Assembly (NCBI GenBank): GCA_001772615.1
Contig: MEUZ01000007.1
Location: forward strand, 108,283-172,282
DNA length: 64,000 bases
Source: a candidate division WWE3 bacterium RIFCSPHIGHO2_01_FULL_40_23
GTDB lineage: Bacteria > Patescibacteriota > WWE3 > UBA101185 > 2-01-FULL-41-18
Reading direction: 5' to 3'
Shown here: piece after piece, positions 45,990 to 55,808 of the stretch
How positions within the stretch are numbered: the first letter of the stretch is position 1
How the letters are laid out: every line of letters starts with the position of its first letter
The notes under the pieces: generated by a model
Database searches by the model: none
What the model saw: the letters and a program-made list of their open reading frames with translations, nothing else
Told to the model about the DNA's origin: nothing
Program-made: the position numbers and the translations under genes

Positions 45990-46886
45990 TCAAATATTCT
46001 CTCTTAAAAGCTTTGCGGCGTCTTCAGGGGTGGCTTTATCCGATACCCAAATCCCCGCCCCAAGCTCAATTGCGCCAAACACTTTTAAGTGAGGCAAAAA
46101 ACCCACATGCCAGTGAAAAGGGTCAAATCTTTCAGTATGAATCCAGAAATTTCTGTCGGGATAATTAAATGCGTTTCCATAAGCCTGCACAACTTTCTGC
46201 AAAACCCCGGCAAAATTATTAATCTCGGTTTCGTCAATAAAAACAAGGCTTGGGCGGTGAGTTTTCGGGGTAATTCTGATTTCATAAGACCATCTGCAGG
46301 CTTTCGGCACAAAAACCACAAAATGACTGGTTTCAAGTATGACCCGGTCTTTCCCCGCAAGGACCTCGCTGATCTCGTCGCACCAATAGCACGTGTTTTT
46401 CTCATCGTAGTAGCGGATTGACCACTCTTTCTCACTCTGCAGAATCCCAGGAAAGCCTTTTAATGCAATGATCTGTGAATGGGGGTGGACAAGCGAAGCT
46501 CCAGCCTTTTTTCCGCGGTTATTAAATATAAACACCTCTTTTTCCTGCGAGCCGTAAAAATTGGCGCGGTTTAAATAAGCCCTTATTACTCTTACCACCT
46601 GCTCGTGGTCCAAGTCCTCAAGGTCTTTATCATGATCGGGGCTGTGGATGATAACCTCATGATCCTCAACTATGGGATACTTATTCTTAATTACCCTAAC
46701 GTGCCAGTCTTCCTGGTCTTTATAAGTGGCAGGAGGAGTTAAATGCTCGTTTCCCTTACAAAAGTAGCAAACATGATCGGTAACCGACATGGTCCCCGCT
46801 TTTGCCGTCTCCTCGGGTCTTTTTGCTCTTTCAGTAGCTAAAATTGTCGGCTCCCCAGTTAAGGGATCAAAAATAAACTTGCCCAT
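45990..46886 (-). CDS. GalT-like hexose-1-phosphate nucleotidyltransferase (HIT superfamily)
   Basis: FNNRGKKAGASLVHPHSQI matches the GalT motif FxNxGxxxGASxxHPHxQ; Zn-binding Cys/His near the N-terminus. Confidence 0.65.
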   Translation of the reverse strand: MGKFIFDPLTGEPTILATERAKRPEETAKAGTMSVTDHVCYFCKGNEHLTPPATYKDQEDWHVRVIKNKYPIVEDHEVIIHSPDHDKDLEDLDHEQVVRVIRAYLNRANFYGSQEKEVFIFNNRGKKAGASLVHPHSQIIALKGFPGILQSEKEWSIRYYDEKNTCYWCDEISEVLAGKDRVILETSHFVVFVPKACRWSYEIRITPKTHRPSLVFIDETEINNFAGVLQKVVQAYGNAFNYPDRNFWIHTERFDPFHWHVGFLPHLKVFGAIELGAGIWVSDKATPEDAAKLLRENI

Positions 46887-48317
46887 TTACTTTCTTAATT
46901 CTATCACCTTCTTATAAAGCTCTTTGTATTCTTTCGCGCTTTTTGACCACGAAAAATCATTTTTTAGTGCATTTTTAACCATGGCATCCCATTTCCTGCT
47001 TCCGTAAAGTTTGTAAGCCCTTGTGACCGCTCTTAAAAAAGCGTTAGGAGAGAAAATATTGAATGAAAAGCCGTCAATACCATCCTTAACAGTGTCTTTA
47101 AGCCCGCCCACGTTATGAACTACAGGCAAAGCCCCATATCTCATTGCAATCATTTGTGAAAGGCCGCACGGCTCCGTTCTTGAGGGCATCAAAAATATAT
47201 CGGAGGAAGCGTAAATTCTTCTTGCTAAACCCTCGTCAAAGCCTAGAGAGATGGAAAGCTTTTCATGGTATTTTTTAACTTTTGAAAGGTTTGCAAGCAT
47301 CTCTTCATATTTTTTATCTCCCTTCCCAAGAAGCACAAACTGAAGATCAAGCTTTAAGATGTCCTTTAGGCTTTCCCACAGGAGGTCAAGACCCTTTTGC
47401 TTGGGATCAAGCCTAGAGATAAGAGACACGAACGGGACGTTTTTAACTGGAAGAGAAAGCTCCTTCTGCAAAAGGGCTTTATTTTCATTTTTTGCTTCTT
47501 TCCAGTCTCTTACGCCGAATCGGTATTTGATATTTCTGTCTTTTTCGGGGTCAAAATATGAATTATCAATGCCATTTAAAATTCCAAAAAACCTTCCGCT
47601 TCTCCCTCTTAAAATATCGGAGATTTGCCCGCCAATATCATCAAAAAGAAGCTCTTTAGCATATGAAGGTGATACAGTGTTAACGGCGTCTGCCGAGGCT
47701 GCACCCTCAAGCATAAAGTTAATATTATTATCTTCAAGATCCCATTGAAGAATCCTATGAAGCGGAATGCTTAAATCAACTTCTCTTACAAGCTCAAGAC
47801 TTGACTGTCCCTGATAAGAAACATTGTGGATGGTTAAGAGAGTTGCAGGCCTTTCCTCCCCGACTTCCTCCTCCAATAGATGCGTTATAAGCCCTGTGTG
47901 CCAGTCATTGCAATGAATGAGATCATAAATGTTAAATGAAGCTTTAATAAACTCAACAACCGCCTTGTTAAAAAAGGCAAATCTCGCTACCTCGTCTTTT
48001 AAAGAAGAAAAGGCATCAACTCCGCCCCCCGAGAGAAATCTTTGATTAAAAAGAAGGATAACATCAACGTTTGAGCCGGGAATTTTAGTTTTATATACCG
48101 AAACATCATGCGTTTCCCCCGAATAAGGGACTTCTATGGTCAACTGCTTGATAATCTTGTAATCTCCTCTTTTTATAATTGAATAAAAAGGAACAATAAC
48201 GTCAACATCAACCCCAAGTTTTTCCAAAGCCTTGGGAAGTGAGCCGGCCACATCACCCAAACCCCCTACCTTTATAATTGGGGCAACCTCCGAAACAGCA
48301 AACAAAACTTTCATCAC
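46887..48317 (-). CDS. glgA: Glycogen/starch synthase-like GT5 glycosyltransferase
   Basis: N-terminal KVLFAVSEVAPIIKVGGLGDV (KxGGL motif); GT-B fold; sits in the glycogen gene cluster. Confidence 0.75.
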   Translation of the reverse strand: MMKVLFAVSEVAPIIKVGGLGDVAGSLPKALEKLGVDVDVIVPFYSIIKRGDYKIIKQLTIEVPYSGETHDVSVYKTKIPGSNVDVILLFNQRFLSGGGVDAFSSLKDEVARFAFFNKAVVEFIKASFNIYDLIHCNDWHTGLITHLLEEEVGEERPATLLTIHNVSYQGQSSLELVREVDLSIPLHRILQWDLEDNNINFMLEGAASADAVNTVSPSYAKELLFDDIGGQISDILRGRSGRFFGILNGIDNSYFDPEKDRNIKYRFGVRDWKEAKNENKALLQKELSLPVKNVPFVSLISRLDPKQKGLDLLWESLKDILKLDLQFVLLGKGDKKYEEMLANLSKVKKYHEKLSISLGFDEGLARRIYASSDIFLMPSRTEPCGLSQMIAMRYGALPVVHNVGGLKDTVKDGIDGFSFNIFSPNAFLRAVTRAYKLYGSRKWDAMVKNALKNDFSWSKSAKEYKELYKKVIELRK

Positions 48318-48374
48318 GTCAAGTTTAACAGTTAAGATTTATGGTGTGAAGAACAAACGGGATGACAAACCGAC

Positions 48375-48728
48375 CTAGACGGGAAAATACCTCTCCATCC
48401 TCTCTTGTATTAGCTTAACCAGCTCTGGGTCCCCGCGAATGTAGTTATCGGGAATGTTAAAGTCTATGATCCTTTTCTTCATGGGTCTTAAATAAGGAAA
48501 CTTCTGATATAGCTTAAAGGCGTGCCTATCCTCCTTATCACTCATTACCACTACCGTATCGGCCCAGTTCACAAGTTCTTTTGTTACAGGCTGTGTCGCC
48601 CCCAGCTCTGTCCCTGCGGATTTTACCTGAAACCTCGGATCATTTTTATATAAATCCTCCGCAGTAGTGCTTCTGTCTTTATTATTGCTGCAAACAAAAA
48701 GCAGTTTAATCGGCATAATTTTTGTCAA
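48375..48728 (-). CDS. Low-molecular-weight phosphatase family protein (LMW-PTP/ArsC-like)
   Basis: LLFVCSNNKDRS P-loop (CxxNxxRS). Confidence 0.55.
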   Translation of the reverse strand: MTKIMPIKLLFVCSNNKDRSTTAEDLYKNDPRFQVKSAGTELGATQPVTKELVNWADTVVVMSDKEDRHAFKLYQKFPYLRPMKKRIIDFNIPDNYIRGDPELVKLIQERMERYFPV

Positions 48729-50154
48729 TGAAAACCAAAAGCTCCTTTATTCTGTTTCTTAGCTGGGTCGCTCTTTCAAACTCAAGATTCCCTGAAAGCT
48801 CATTCATCTCTTTTGTAAGCCTATCAACCATTTCTAAAACATCCTTCTTTGAGTATTTGGAAAGATCCTTATCAACAACCATTTTGATTTCTTCATCATA
48901 CTTTCTTGATGTCTCGTCAACTTTTCCCGTTCTCTGCCACTCAAAACCGGTCGTTATAATATCAAAGTAGAACTTTCTTGCTTTTTCTTTATCTTTTTCA
49001 GTTGAGTCAGGCGCCGTATCTACTACGTCTGATAACTCCTTAGCTCCACGCTCAATCATCTCAAGGCTCCACCACGGCTTAGCACTTGCCCACCAGAACT
49101 GATCGGAATGAAGTGATCTATCCAGGAGGTTTCTTGCTTTTTTATACTTTTCCACCTCAAATTCAGATAATTTGGACAACTCTTCATCTTTCAGACCCGA
49201 AAAAGATGATCTGTTCACACATTCTATAGCAAGGTATGTCAAGTCCCACTGCATTTTATGAATTATGTTGTCAGGATCGTCCCATCTGGCAAATGGAACA
49301 CCGGAAGTGATATCAATTTCCATTAACGCCCAAGTTGCAGGTAAGGTTTCAACCTCGCAAATCTCAAAAGGAAGTTCTAAAAGCTCTGATATTTTTTTTG
49401 GGTCAATGCTTTTGTCCCTATAGATTTCAGCAAGTGTTTTATCAAGACCCGGTCTGTGATGGCCGAAGGTCTCCCCATCCATTGCCGTCAGGAAGTATTT
49501 TCCCGAAGTTCCTTTCTCCTTGAACTCTTCAAGAAATAATTTTGAGGTGGCAAGTTGGCCTGAAAGAACTTTGAATGAGGAGTACCTGTCTCTAAAAAAT
49601 ATGATGAGGTCGGTCCCTTTTACCTTATACAATCGGGAGAAATCAATTTTTCCAAACTCATAAGCATAAGAGAGCTCTTCTGCAAGAATCCACCTGTATC
49701 CAAGCTCCCCCACAATCCTTGCCAAATGTGATGAGTAAGCCATTTCCGGTGGAAAGAACCCTTTTAAAGAAATCTGACCTCCGTCTTGATACTTTTTTGA
49801 CAGAATTGGACCCTCGATACCAAAGTATTTATAAAGGGAGAGTTCATTCAGGTATATCTGGCGCTTAATTTCACTATCTGGGAGTTTAGGAAGAAGAGGA
49901 TGATATTTCGCTGAACCCGTAAGTTCAATTTGACCTCTTTCAAGAAGAGTCCTGATCTTATTAATAACATCATGATGGCCGTATGTGTCCCAGAGTTCAC
50001 ATAAAACGGCGCTTACATTTAACGTGAGCTTTGCATTCTCATTTTGAAGCAAATGATCCACTATCTTCCTGTAAGATTCCTCCGTAATTTTATCAACCCA
50101 GTATTTTTTTTGTGTAGGAGGCTGATAAAAATGTAAAAAATTAACCCAAAGCAT
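48706..50154 (-). CDS. GH57 family glycoside hydrolase with C-terminal UVR domain
   Basis: N-terminal WVNFLHFYQPP GH57 signature. C-terminal ELSGNLEFERATQLRNRIKEL resembles the UvrB/UvrC UVR motif. Confidence 0.7.
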   Translation of the reverse strand: MLWVNFLHFYQPPTQKKYWVDKITEESYRKIVDHLLQNENAKLTLNVSAVLCELWDTYGHHDVINKIRTLLERGQIELTGSAKYHPLLPKLPDSEIKRQIYLNELSLYKYFGIEGPILSKKYQDGGQISLKGFFPPEMAYSSHLARIVGELGYRWILAEELSYAYEFGKIDFSRLYKVKGTDLIIFFRDRYSSFKVLSGQLATSKLFLEEFKEKGTSGKYFLTAMDGETFGHHRPGLDKTLAEIYRDKSIDPKKISELLELPFEICEVETLPATWALMEIDITSGVPFARWDDPDNIIHKMQWDLTYLAIECVNRSSFSGLKDEELSKLSEFEVEKYKKARNLLDRSLHSDQFWWASAKPWWSLEMIERGAKELSDVVDTAPDSTEKDKEKARKFYFDIITTGFEWQRTGKVDETSRKYDEEIKMVVDKDLSKYSKKDVLEMVDRLTKEMNELSGNLEFERATQLRNRIKELLVFIDKNYAD

Positions 50155-50163
50155 ACAAAGTTT

Positions 50164-51438
50164 CTATTTGATAGAATTTAGCACCCTTTCCTTTAATACT
50201 TTAATATCCTTTAATATATCTTGGTCCAACGGGCTTATTTTTTCAGCAGACTTTACAAAAAGCTCAAGACTTCGTTTTATAAGATTAACGTCAAAAAAAG
50301 GATTTTTTGATGACCACCAGTATTTATCAGAGTTAAGAGCTTTATCTAAAAGTATTCTTGACTTAATAAAACTTTTTTCATTCTCCGATAAATCGGAGCT
50401 GACTGAAACCTTATTAAAGTCCCAGACCGGAAGATTTCCAATATGGTCTCCGCTGGTCTTACCTCCCATTTCTTTGCTTACTTTAGATAAACTGCTTAGC
50501 ATAAGAGATTCAAAATCGCTGAAAGCACTATGAACTTCATTGCCAGATAAATACCATTTAGGATAAACATTCCCCTCTTTCATATCTTCATCCGAAGCCC
50601 CCCATGAAGCTTCCACCACAGGCGTTTCTTTCTTACTATCAAATTCGTGCATAAGATTGCTAAGTGTACTAAATGTATGTCCTTCCGCTAAAATCGAATC
50701 TAACAAGTTATCAAGAAGGTCTATGCCTCCTTTGTTATGGTGACCAAAAGTTTCTCCGTCTAAAACTATCAAGGCAAATTTTCTTCCCAAAGAGCTTAAA
50801 AACTTCAAACCTTCTATGAAATCACCAGGATCAGAATCTCTTTTATAAGCAACGCCCAAACTTAACCCCCTGTCTCTAAAACAAATCTTGAGGTTAGATC
50901 CCAAAAGCCTGTAAAAGATTCCGGAGCTTTTTACCTCCTCTCTTTTATCCCCCGGAATACTAACTTCGTCCAGAATTACCCATTCATAACCCAAACTCTC
51001 TACAAGCTTCCCTAAGTCCGAGTTAAAAGCCATTTCAGGGGGGAAAAAACCTCCTAAGTTTTTTATCATAAAGGCATTCTCACCCTCAAAACCCTGCCTT
51101 CTGCCTAAATAATACCCAAGACCTGCCTCATTTAAAATGATCTGCCTTTCAACTTCGGCCTCACTTAATTTAGTAAGAATCGGGTGATAGGCTGCGCTTC
51201 CGGTAAGCTCAATCACTTCTTTATCCCTCAAAAGCGCAATTTCTTCCGTAAAGCCTTCCACTTTCTCTTTATCAAACCATTCAAGAAGACTTAAGGGAAT
51301 GTTAAGAGTTGCTCTAAACTCCTTTTTTCTTTTTAAAAGTCTTACAAGAGGAACGTAGCACTCACTCGCTAGCTCGTGAAAAATGCGAGCATACTGAAAA
51401 GGGGGTTGATAAAGGTGCAAAAGAAATGAAACAATCAT
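50164..51438 (-). CDS. GH57 family glycoside hydrolase
   Basis: N-terminal FLLHLYQPP motif; paralogous to the upstream GH57 gene. Confidence 0.7.
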   Translation of the reverse strand: MIVSFLLHLYQPPFQYARIFHELASECYVPLVRLLKRKKEFRATLNIPLSLLEWFDKEKVEGFTEEIALLRDKEVIELTGSAAYHPILTKLSEAEVERQIILNEAGLGYYLGRRQGFEGENAFMIKNLGGFFPPEMAFNSDLGKLVESLGYEWVILDEVSIPGDKREEVKSSGIFYRLLGSNLKICFRDRGLSLGVAYKRDSDPGDFIEGLKFLSSLGRKFALIVLDGETFGHHNKGGIDLLDNLLDSILAEGHTFSTLSNLMHEFDSKKETPVVEASWGASDEDMKEGNVYPKWYLSGNEVHSAFSDFESLMLSSLSKVSKEMGGKTSGDHIGNLPVWDFNKVSVSSDLSENEKSFIKSRILLDKALNSDKYWWSSKNPFFDVNLIKRSLELFVKSAEKISPLDQDILKDIKVLKERVLNSIK

Positions 51439-51447
51439 TAACTTTAT

Positions 51448-53070
51448 TTACATTCCAAAACTAGAGACGTGGGAAACCGAACTTTTCTTGTGAAATTCCA
51501 TTGCTCTTCTGTAAATCTTTGCATACTCTTTTGCGCTTTTATTCCAGCTGAAGTCTTTCCTCATAGCGTTTTTCTGAATTACTCTCCATACCTCTTTATG
51601 CTTAAAGCTTTCAACAGCACGCACAAGCTGGCCATAGAAGGCTATTACATCATAATCTTCAAAAACAAAACCTGTACCTTTGTGAGTTTTGGGGTCAAAA
51701 TTCTCAACTGAATCAGCCAAACCTCCGACTTTCCTCACAATAGGTATCGCTCCGTACCTCATTGCCTCAAGCTGTACAATGCCGCAAGGTTCAAACTTTG
51801 AAGGGTACAGGATCATGTCACATCCCGCGAAAATAAGCCTTGGAAGGGTGAAATTAGGAAGCAGGTGAAGTCCCACATTTTTAGGAAAAGCCGATTTAAG
51901 TTCTCTAAACTGCTCCGTATAAGTAAGGTCCCCTCCCCCAACCTGCACAAACTGAACGCCGAAGTCTTTAATCAGATACTTCATCGCAGGAACTATAAGG
52001 TCAATACCTTTCTGCTGATCAAGCCTTCCCACAAAGCCGATCAGAGGTATTTCATCCGAAACGGCTATGTTGTACTCTTTCTGGACTGCCACTTTGTTTG
52101 CCGTCCTCTGCTCCAAAGAAAAGGCGTCATAATTTTTCTCTATGACTTTGTCGGTCGCGGGGTCAAACGATTCAGTATCCAAGCCGTTTAAAACTCCATA
52201 GACTTTGCTTCTGACCTCAAGCAAAAGCCTGTCTAGACCTGCACCAAATTCCTGGGTTAGTATCTCTTTAGAGTAAGTTGGCGAAACCGTGTTCACCGCG
52301 TCGGAGTAAATAATTCCTCTTTTCATAAAATTCTGCTTGTTAAGCGCTTCGGAGAAAAAAGGTGCAACATCGGATTTTCCATCGTCAAAGTCAAGCTCGC
52401 TTATATTTTGTGGGTCAAAAAGCCCCTGATAATAAAGATTATGAATTGTTAACAGTGAGGCAACCTTGGAAAGCTTCGGGTCGTTATTGTAATAAGAGCT
52501 TAAATAGTTAGGGAGAACACCAGTATGCCAATCATTACAATGAATTACATCAGGGTAAAAATCATCGTCAAGAAACTCCTCTGTTTCGGGAAGCCTTTTT
52601 AGAAATTCTAAAGCGCCTCTTGATAAAAGAGCCCAGCGAGTGGGGTCGTCAGAGTAGCCGTAAACATTGGCTCTTTTTTCGTAATACTCCATGTTTTCAA
52701 GAAAATAAACCGTTACACCGGAAGGAAGTACACATTTTTTAACATTGCAGATAAGATTTGGGGTGGCTTCGTCTCCCGTCGGAACCGCTAAATCCGCAAA
52801 AACCATCTCAAGCTCATATTTCTCTTCGTCAATAAAACCAAATTTTGGCAAAAACACTCTTGCCTCATGTCCGGTTTTTCTTAAAGCTGTGGAAAGGGCT
52901 TCTATCACCCTTGAGAAGCCGCCGACGGCGGCAAAAGGCGAGGATTCAGCCGCCACTATTAAAACCTTAAGAGGCGGTTCTTTCCCTACAATCCCTTCAA
53001 GTTTTGAAAAAAGACCGTTATTTTTCCCGCTCATATTTCTCCCACTAAATTGTACGCAAAATTTAGACAC
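51448..53070 (-). CDS. Glycogen/starch synthase-like GT5 glycosyltransferase, second copy
   Basis: KVLIVAAESSPFAAVGGFSRV (KxGG motif), GT-B C-terminal half. The true start may be an internal Met. Confidence 0.7.
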   Translation of the reverse strand: MSKFCVQFSGRNMSGKNNGLFSKLEGIVGKEPPLKVLIVAAESSPFAAVGGFSRVIEALSTALRKTGHEARVFLPKFGFIDEEKYELEMVFADLAVPTGDEATPNLICNVKKCVLPSGVTVYFLENMEYYEKRANVYGYSDDPTRWALLSRGALEFLKRLPETEEFLDDDFYPDVIHCNDWHTGVLPNYLSSYYNNDPKLSKVASLLTIHNLYYQGLFDPQNISELDFDDGKSDVAPFFSEALNKQNFMKRGIIYSDAVNTVSPTYSKEILTQEFGAGLDRLLLEVRSKVYGVLNGLDTESFDPATDKVIEKNYDAFSLEQRTANKVAVQKEYNIAVSDEIPLIGFVGRLDQQKGIDLIVPAMKYLIKDFGVQFVQVGGGDLTYTEQFRELKSAFPKNVGLHLLPNFTLPRLIFAGCDMILYPSKFEPCGIVQLEAMRYGAIPIVRKVGGLADSVENFDPKTHKGTGFVFEDYDVIAFYGQLVRAVESFKHKEVWRVIQKNAMRKDFSWNKSAKEYAKIYRRAMEFHKKSSVSHVSSFGM

Positions 53071-53413
53071 TTGACAACAAAGCCTAAAATTATTTAGAGT
53101 ACATACAGTACACTGCCCAGTTTCATCTCACTGGCAAGGCGCTTGCAAAAGTGAGTAATTTTAAGGCGCATTACTATGCGCTACTTGGCACATTGAAAAG
53201 TAAATAAGCCAAGCCTCAAATCCTTTTTAAAGCTTGTAGCCGTCTGCTTTTGCAATCGGAGGAAGTTTTTAATACACGTCTTTATGCTTACTCCCCGGCT
53301 GACTAAGGTATAAAGACATACAAACTACGGATTTGAAGGAGAGAAATCTTTCTAAAGAAAGGGAGGACAAAACCCCCGGATGGGTAAGCTGTTTTGATAC
53401 TGTAAAAAAACGC

Positions 53414-53446
53414 CCCCAAACGGGGGTTTATTCGTCTTCGAGCAAC
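53414..53446. terminator. Bidirectional GC hairpin flanked by A-run and T-run
   Basis: AAAAAAACGCCCCCAAACGGGGGTTTATT reads as stem plus U-tract on either strand. Confidence 0.5.
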
Positions 53447-53677
53447 AATGGGCAACAATTTATAAGAAACTAACAAATACATCCGCAGTGGGCCTGCCGG
53501 AGTAAGTGCTTGGACGGATACTAGTCCACCTAGTCCAACCGAGTGCTGCCCTCAATATCTAGTGATATATTCCCTACCCATAAGTAATCCTAAGGTAACG
53601 CTATCGCGAAAGCCCCTAAGAGGGCTAGTACCGCCAAGCACTTCTCCGCCACCCCTACGGATGAATGTTCACTCTAT

Positions 53678-54802
53678 TTAACCTTCCACGAGTTCAAGCT
53701 CGGAGGCGTATTGGTCCTCGCCTGCCTCCGCCAGATCTTTTTTAAGCCTAATCGTTGAAACGACTTTAAGCCCGTGCATCTCTTTTAAGGTGTCAAATAT
53801 AAAACTGTCATTAGTTACTATAAGACAAAGTTGAGCGAGGTTTTTATTAGCTGGAGCAAGCTGCAAAACCTTCTCAAAAAAAGCTTTATGCTCCGGTTTT
53901 ATATAAGCATGAAGAATAGAAAAAGGTCTTATGGTTTTGTATAAAGACATTCCGGCATACATTGTAAAGGCGTAGGGAACATTGGAATTTACAGCCGATT
54001 TATGTAAAGCATTAGCTATCTCTTTTAGCCCTGGAAGGCCACTCGTGTAATAGTAAAACCCAAGCCCTTCTTCAGGCAGTTCTTCTTTTGCAGCCGGCGG
54101 CTCTTTAACGACAGGTGTTTCTTTCGGTTCTTCCGAAATACTTTGAACTGTAGGTTTATCTGCCATTCTTTGAGTAGCCTGAAATTTAGGTGCTGTTTCC
54201 CTAAGCTTACCGAATTTTGAACTGAAATCGTACTGATCTGCAAGACTTGCGCCGCTAGCGGCTGTTTGAGGACTGGAAGGCGCCTCACTGGATGTTTCGG
54301 AAGGCGTTTCTGTCACTTCTGCGGGCTTTTCCGCTAATTTTTCGCGGGCTTCTTTAAATTTTGCTAGCCAATCAACAGTTTCCACTGGTTTTGAGGGTTC
54401 GGCGCTCTGCGATGACATTATATTTGAATGTGCAACTGGAGTGCTGACATCAGAAGAAGGTTTATCCAGCGTTGTTTCGGTCGTGTGCTTTTCTTGTGCG
54501 GCTCTGAACCTTGCAAGCCAATCAACTTCCGAAACAGGCTGTTTTATTGCATCTTCATCCTTTTTAAGAGCTCGCCTACCCGGACTGAATTGAACATCGG
54601 ACAATGATTGACGGGAAGGAACTCTCTGGGAGGGATAAAGAAAGTCAAGAATGTTTTGTTTAGAAAACCTATGCCTTCCCGTAGCGGTTTTGACGTCGGC
54701 TTTGATTTTGCCGTCTTCGAGATATCTGTACACGGACCTTAAACTGACCCCAAGGATCTCTGAAACTTCCGTGGAGGAATAAAGCCTGTCTTCTAATTCC
54801 AT
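53678..54802 (-). CDS. HTH (MerR/excisionase-type) domain protein with disordered linker and uncharacterised C-terminal domain
   Basis: N-terminal STEVSEILGVSLRSVYRYLEDGKI HTH; S/T/P/E-rich middle; 374 aa. Confidence 0.55.
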   Translation of the reverse strand: MELEDRLYSSTEVSEILGVSLRSVYRYLEDGKIKADVKTATGRHRFSKQNILDFLYPSQRVPSRQSLSDVQFSPGRRALKKDEDAIKQPVSEVDWLARFRAAQEKHTTETTLDKPSSDVSTPVAHSNIMSSQSAEPSKPVETVDWLAKFKEAREKLAEKPAEVTETPSETSSEAPSSPQTAASGASLADQYDFSSKFGKLRETAPKFQATQRMADKPTVQSISEEPKETPVVKEPPAAKEELPEEGLGFYYYTSGLPGLKEIANALHKSAVNSNVPYAFTMYAGMSLYKTIRPFSILHAYIKPEHKAFFEKVLQLAPANKNLAQLCLIVTNDSFIFDTLKEMHGLKVVSTIRLKKDLAEAGEDQYASELELVEG

Positions 54803-54866
54803 AAAAATAGTATGATACTAAATGAAATAAATGTCAATAAAAAGAAATTTTGAAGGGCTTAACGTC

Positions 54867-55781
54867 CTATTTTTTCATTAAAGATCTAAAGTAAACAAGA
54901 AGTGGAAAATAAGGAAAAGCGCTAAGAACTCTACCTAACCTCTCAAAGGCCAGTTTGCCGTTTGACAACTCTGAAAAAGGTCTAAAAAAAAGCTCAAGCC
55001 CCCGTTCCTGTAAAAATTTAGGAGCTCTTTTTCTTCTTCCCGTTATAAAATCAAAAGCCCCTCCCACCCCCATCATAACTTTAAAAGGAAGCCTTCTTAT
55101 GTTCTCCTTTATCCAAAGCTCCTGCTTCACCTGACCGAAAGCGACAAAGCAAAAATCAACTGATTTTAACCCTGAAACTTTGATATCGGAATCAATTTTG
55201 TTAATAACATCTTGAATGGGTACAAAGTTGAAGCTTCCGTCTTCTTTTTGATATCTGCCGGAGCATGAACCAACAAACTTAATGAGGGGGAAACGCTCTT
55301 GTAATAAGCTTAAGGCATTTCTAGCACTTTCTACTTTGGTCTGATAAGAAGTCCCCACCAAATACACGGAAATACCTTTTTCACGATAAAAATCAAAGAT
55401 TTTTAGCATCAAATCCGTCCCTGTCACCCTCTCATTCAACACGTCAAGTGAACTTGGATTTAAGAATCCCAAAATTCCAATATTTATTCCGAGAAGGAAA
55501 GATTTTACAGGAAAAAGAAAGCCTCTTTTTAACTCATTAACATCTCGTAAATACTTAGCCGCGTATAGGACTCCGAACCCATCGGGTATAGAAAGATCGG
55601 CAGAATTTAGAGCGTTCAGAAATTCCTTATTCCCCTGCGCGTTAAGAATAAATTCGGAGTTAGTTGTCACAATCTGATGTTTTTTTTGATCTTTGAGCAT
55701 TTGATCAATCTCAAAAAGTGATTGCTTATAACCAACTTTAGACACTTTTACGCCTAGAATTTCAATGTTTGTCATAGTCAA
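54867..55781 (-). CDS. tagA: WecB/TagA/CpsF family glycosyltransferase
   Basis: IVTTNSEFILNAQ...ADLSIPDGFGV matches the TagA family N-terminal motifs. Confidence 0.7.
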   Translation of the reverse strand: MTMTNIEILGVKVSKVGYKQSLFEIDQMLKDQKKHQIVTTNSEFILNAQGNKEFLNALNSADLSIPDGFGVLYAAKYLRDVNELKRGFLFPVKSFLLGINIGILGFLNPSSLDVLNERVTGTDLMLKIFDFYREKGISVYLVGTSYQTKVESARNALSLLQERFPLIKFVGSCSGRYQKEDGSFNFVPIQDVINKIDSDIKVSGLKSVDFCFVAFGQVKQELWIKENIRRLPFKVMMGVGGAFDFITGRRKRAPKFLQERGLELFFRPFSELSNGKLAFERLGRVLSAFPYFPLLVYFRSLMKK

Positions 55782-55808
55782 AAAATAAACAGGGTAAGTG
55801 ATTGAAAA

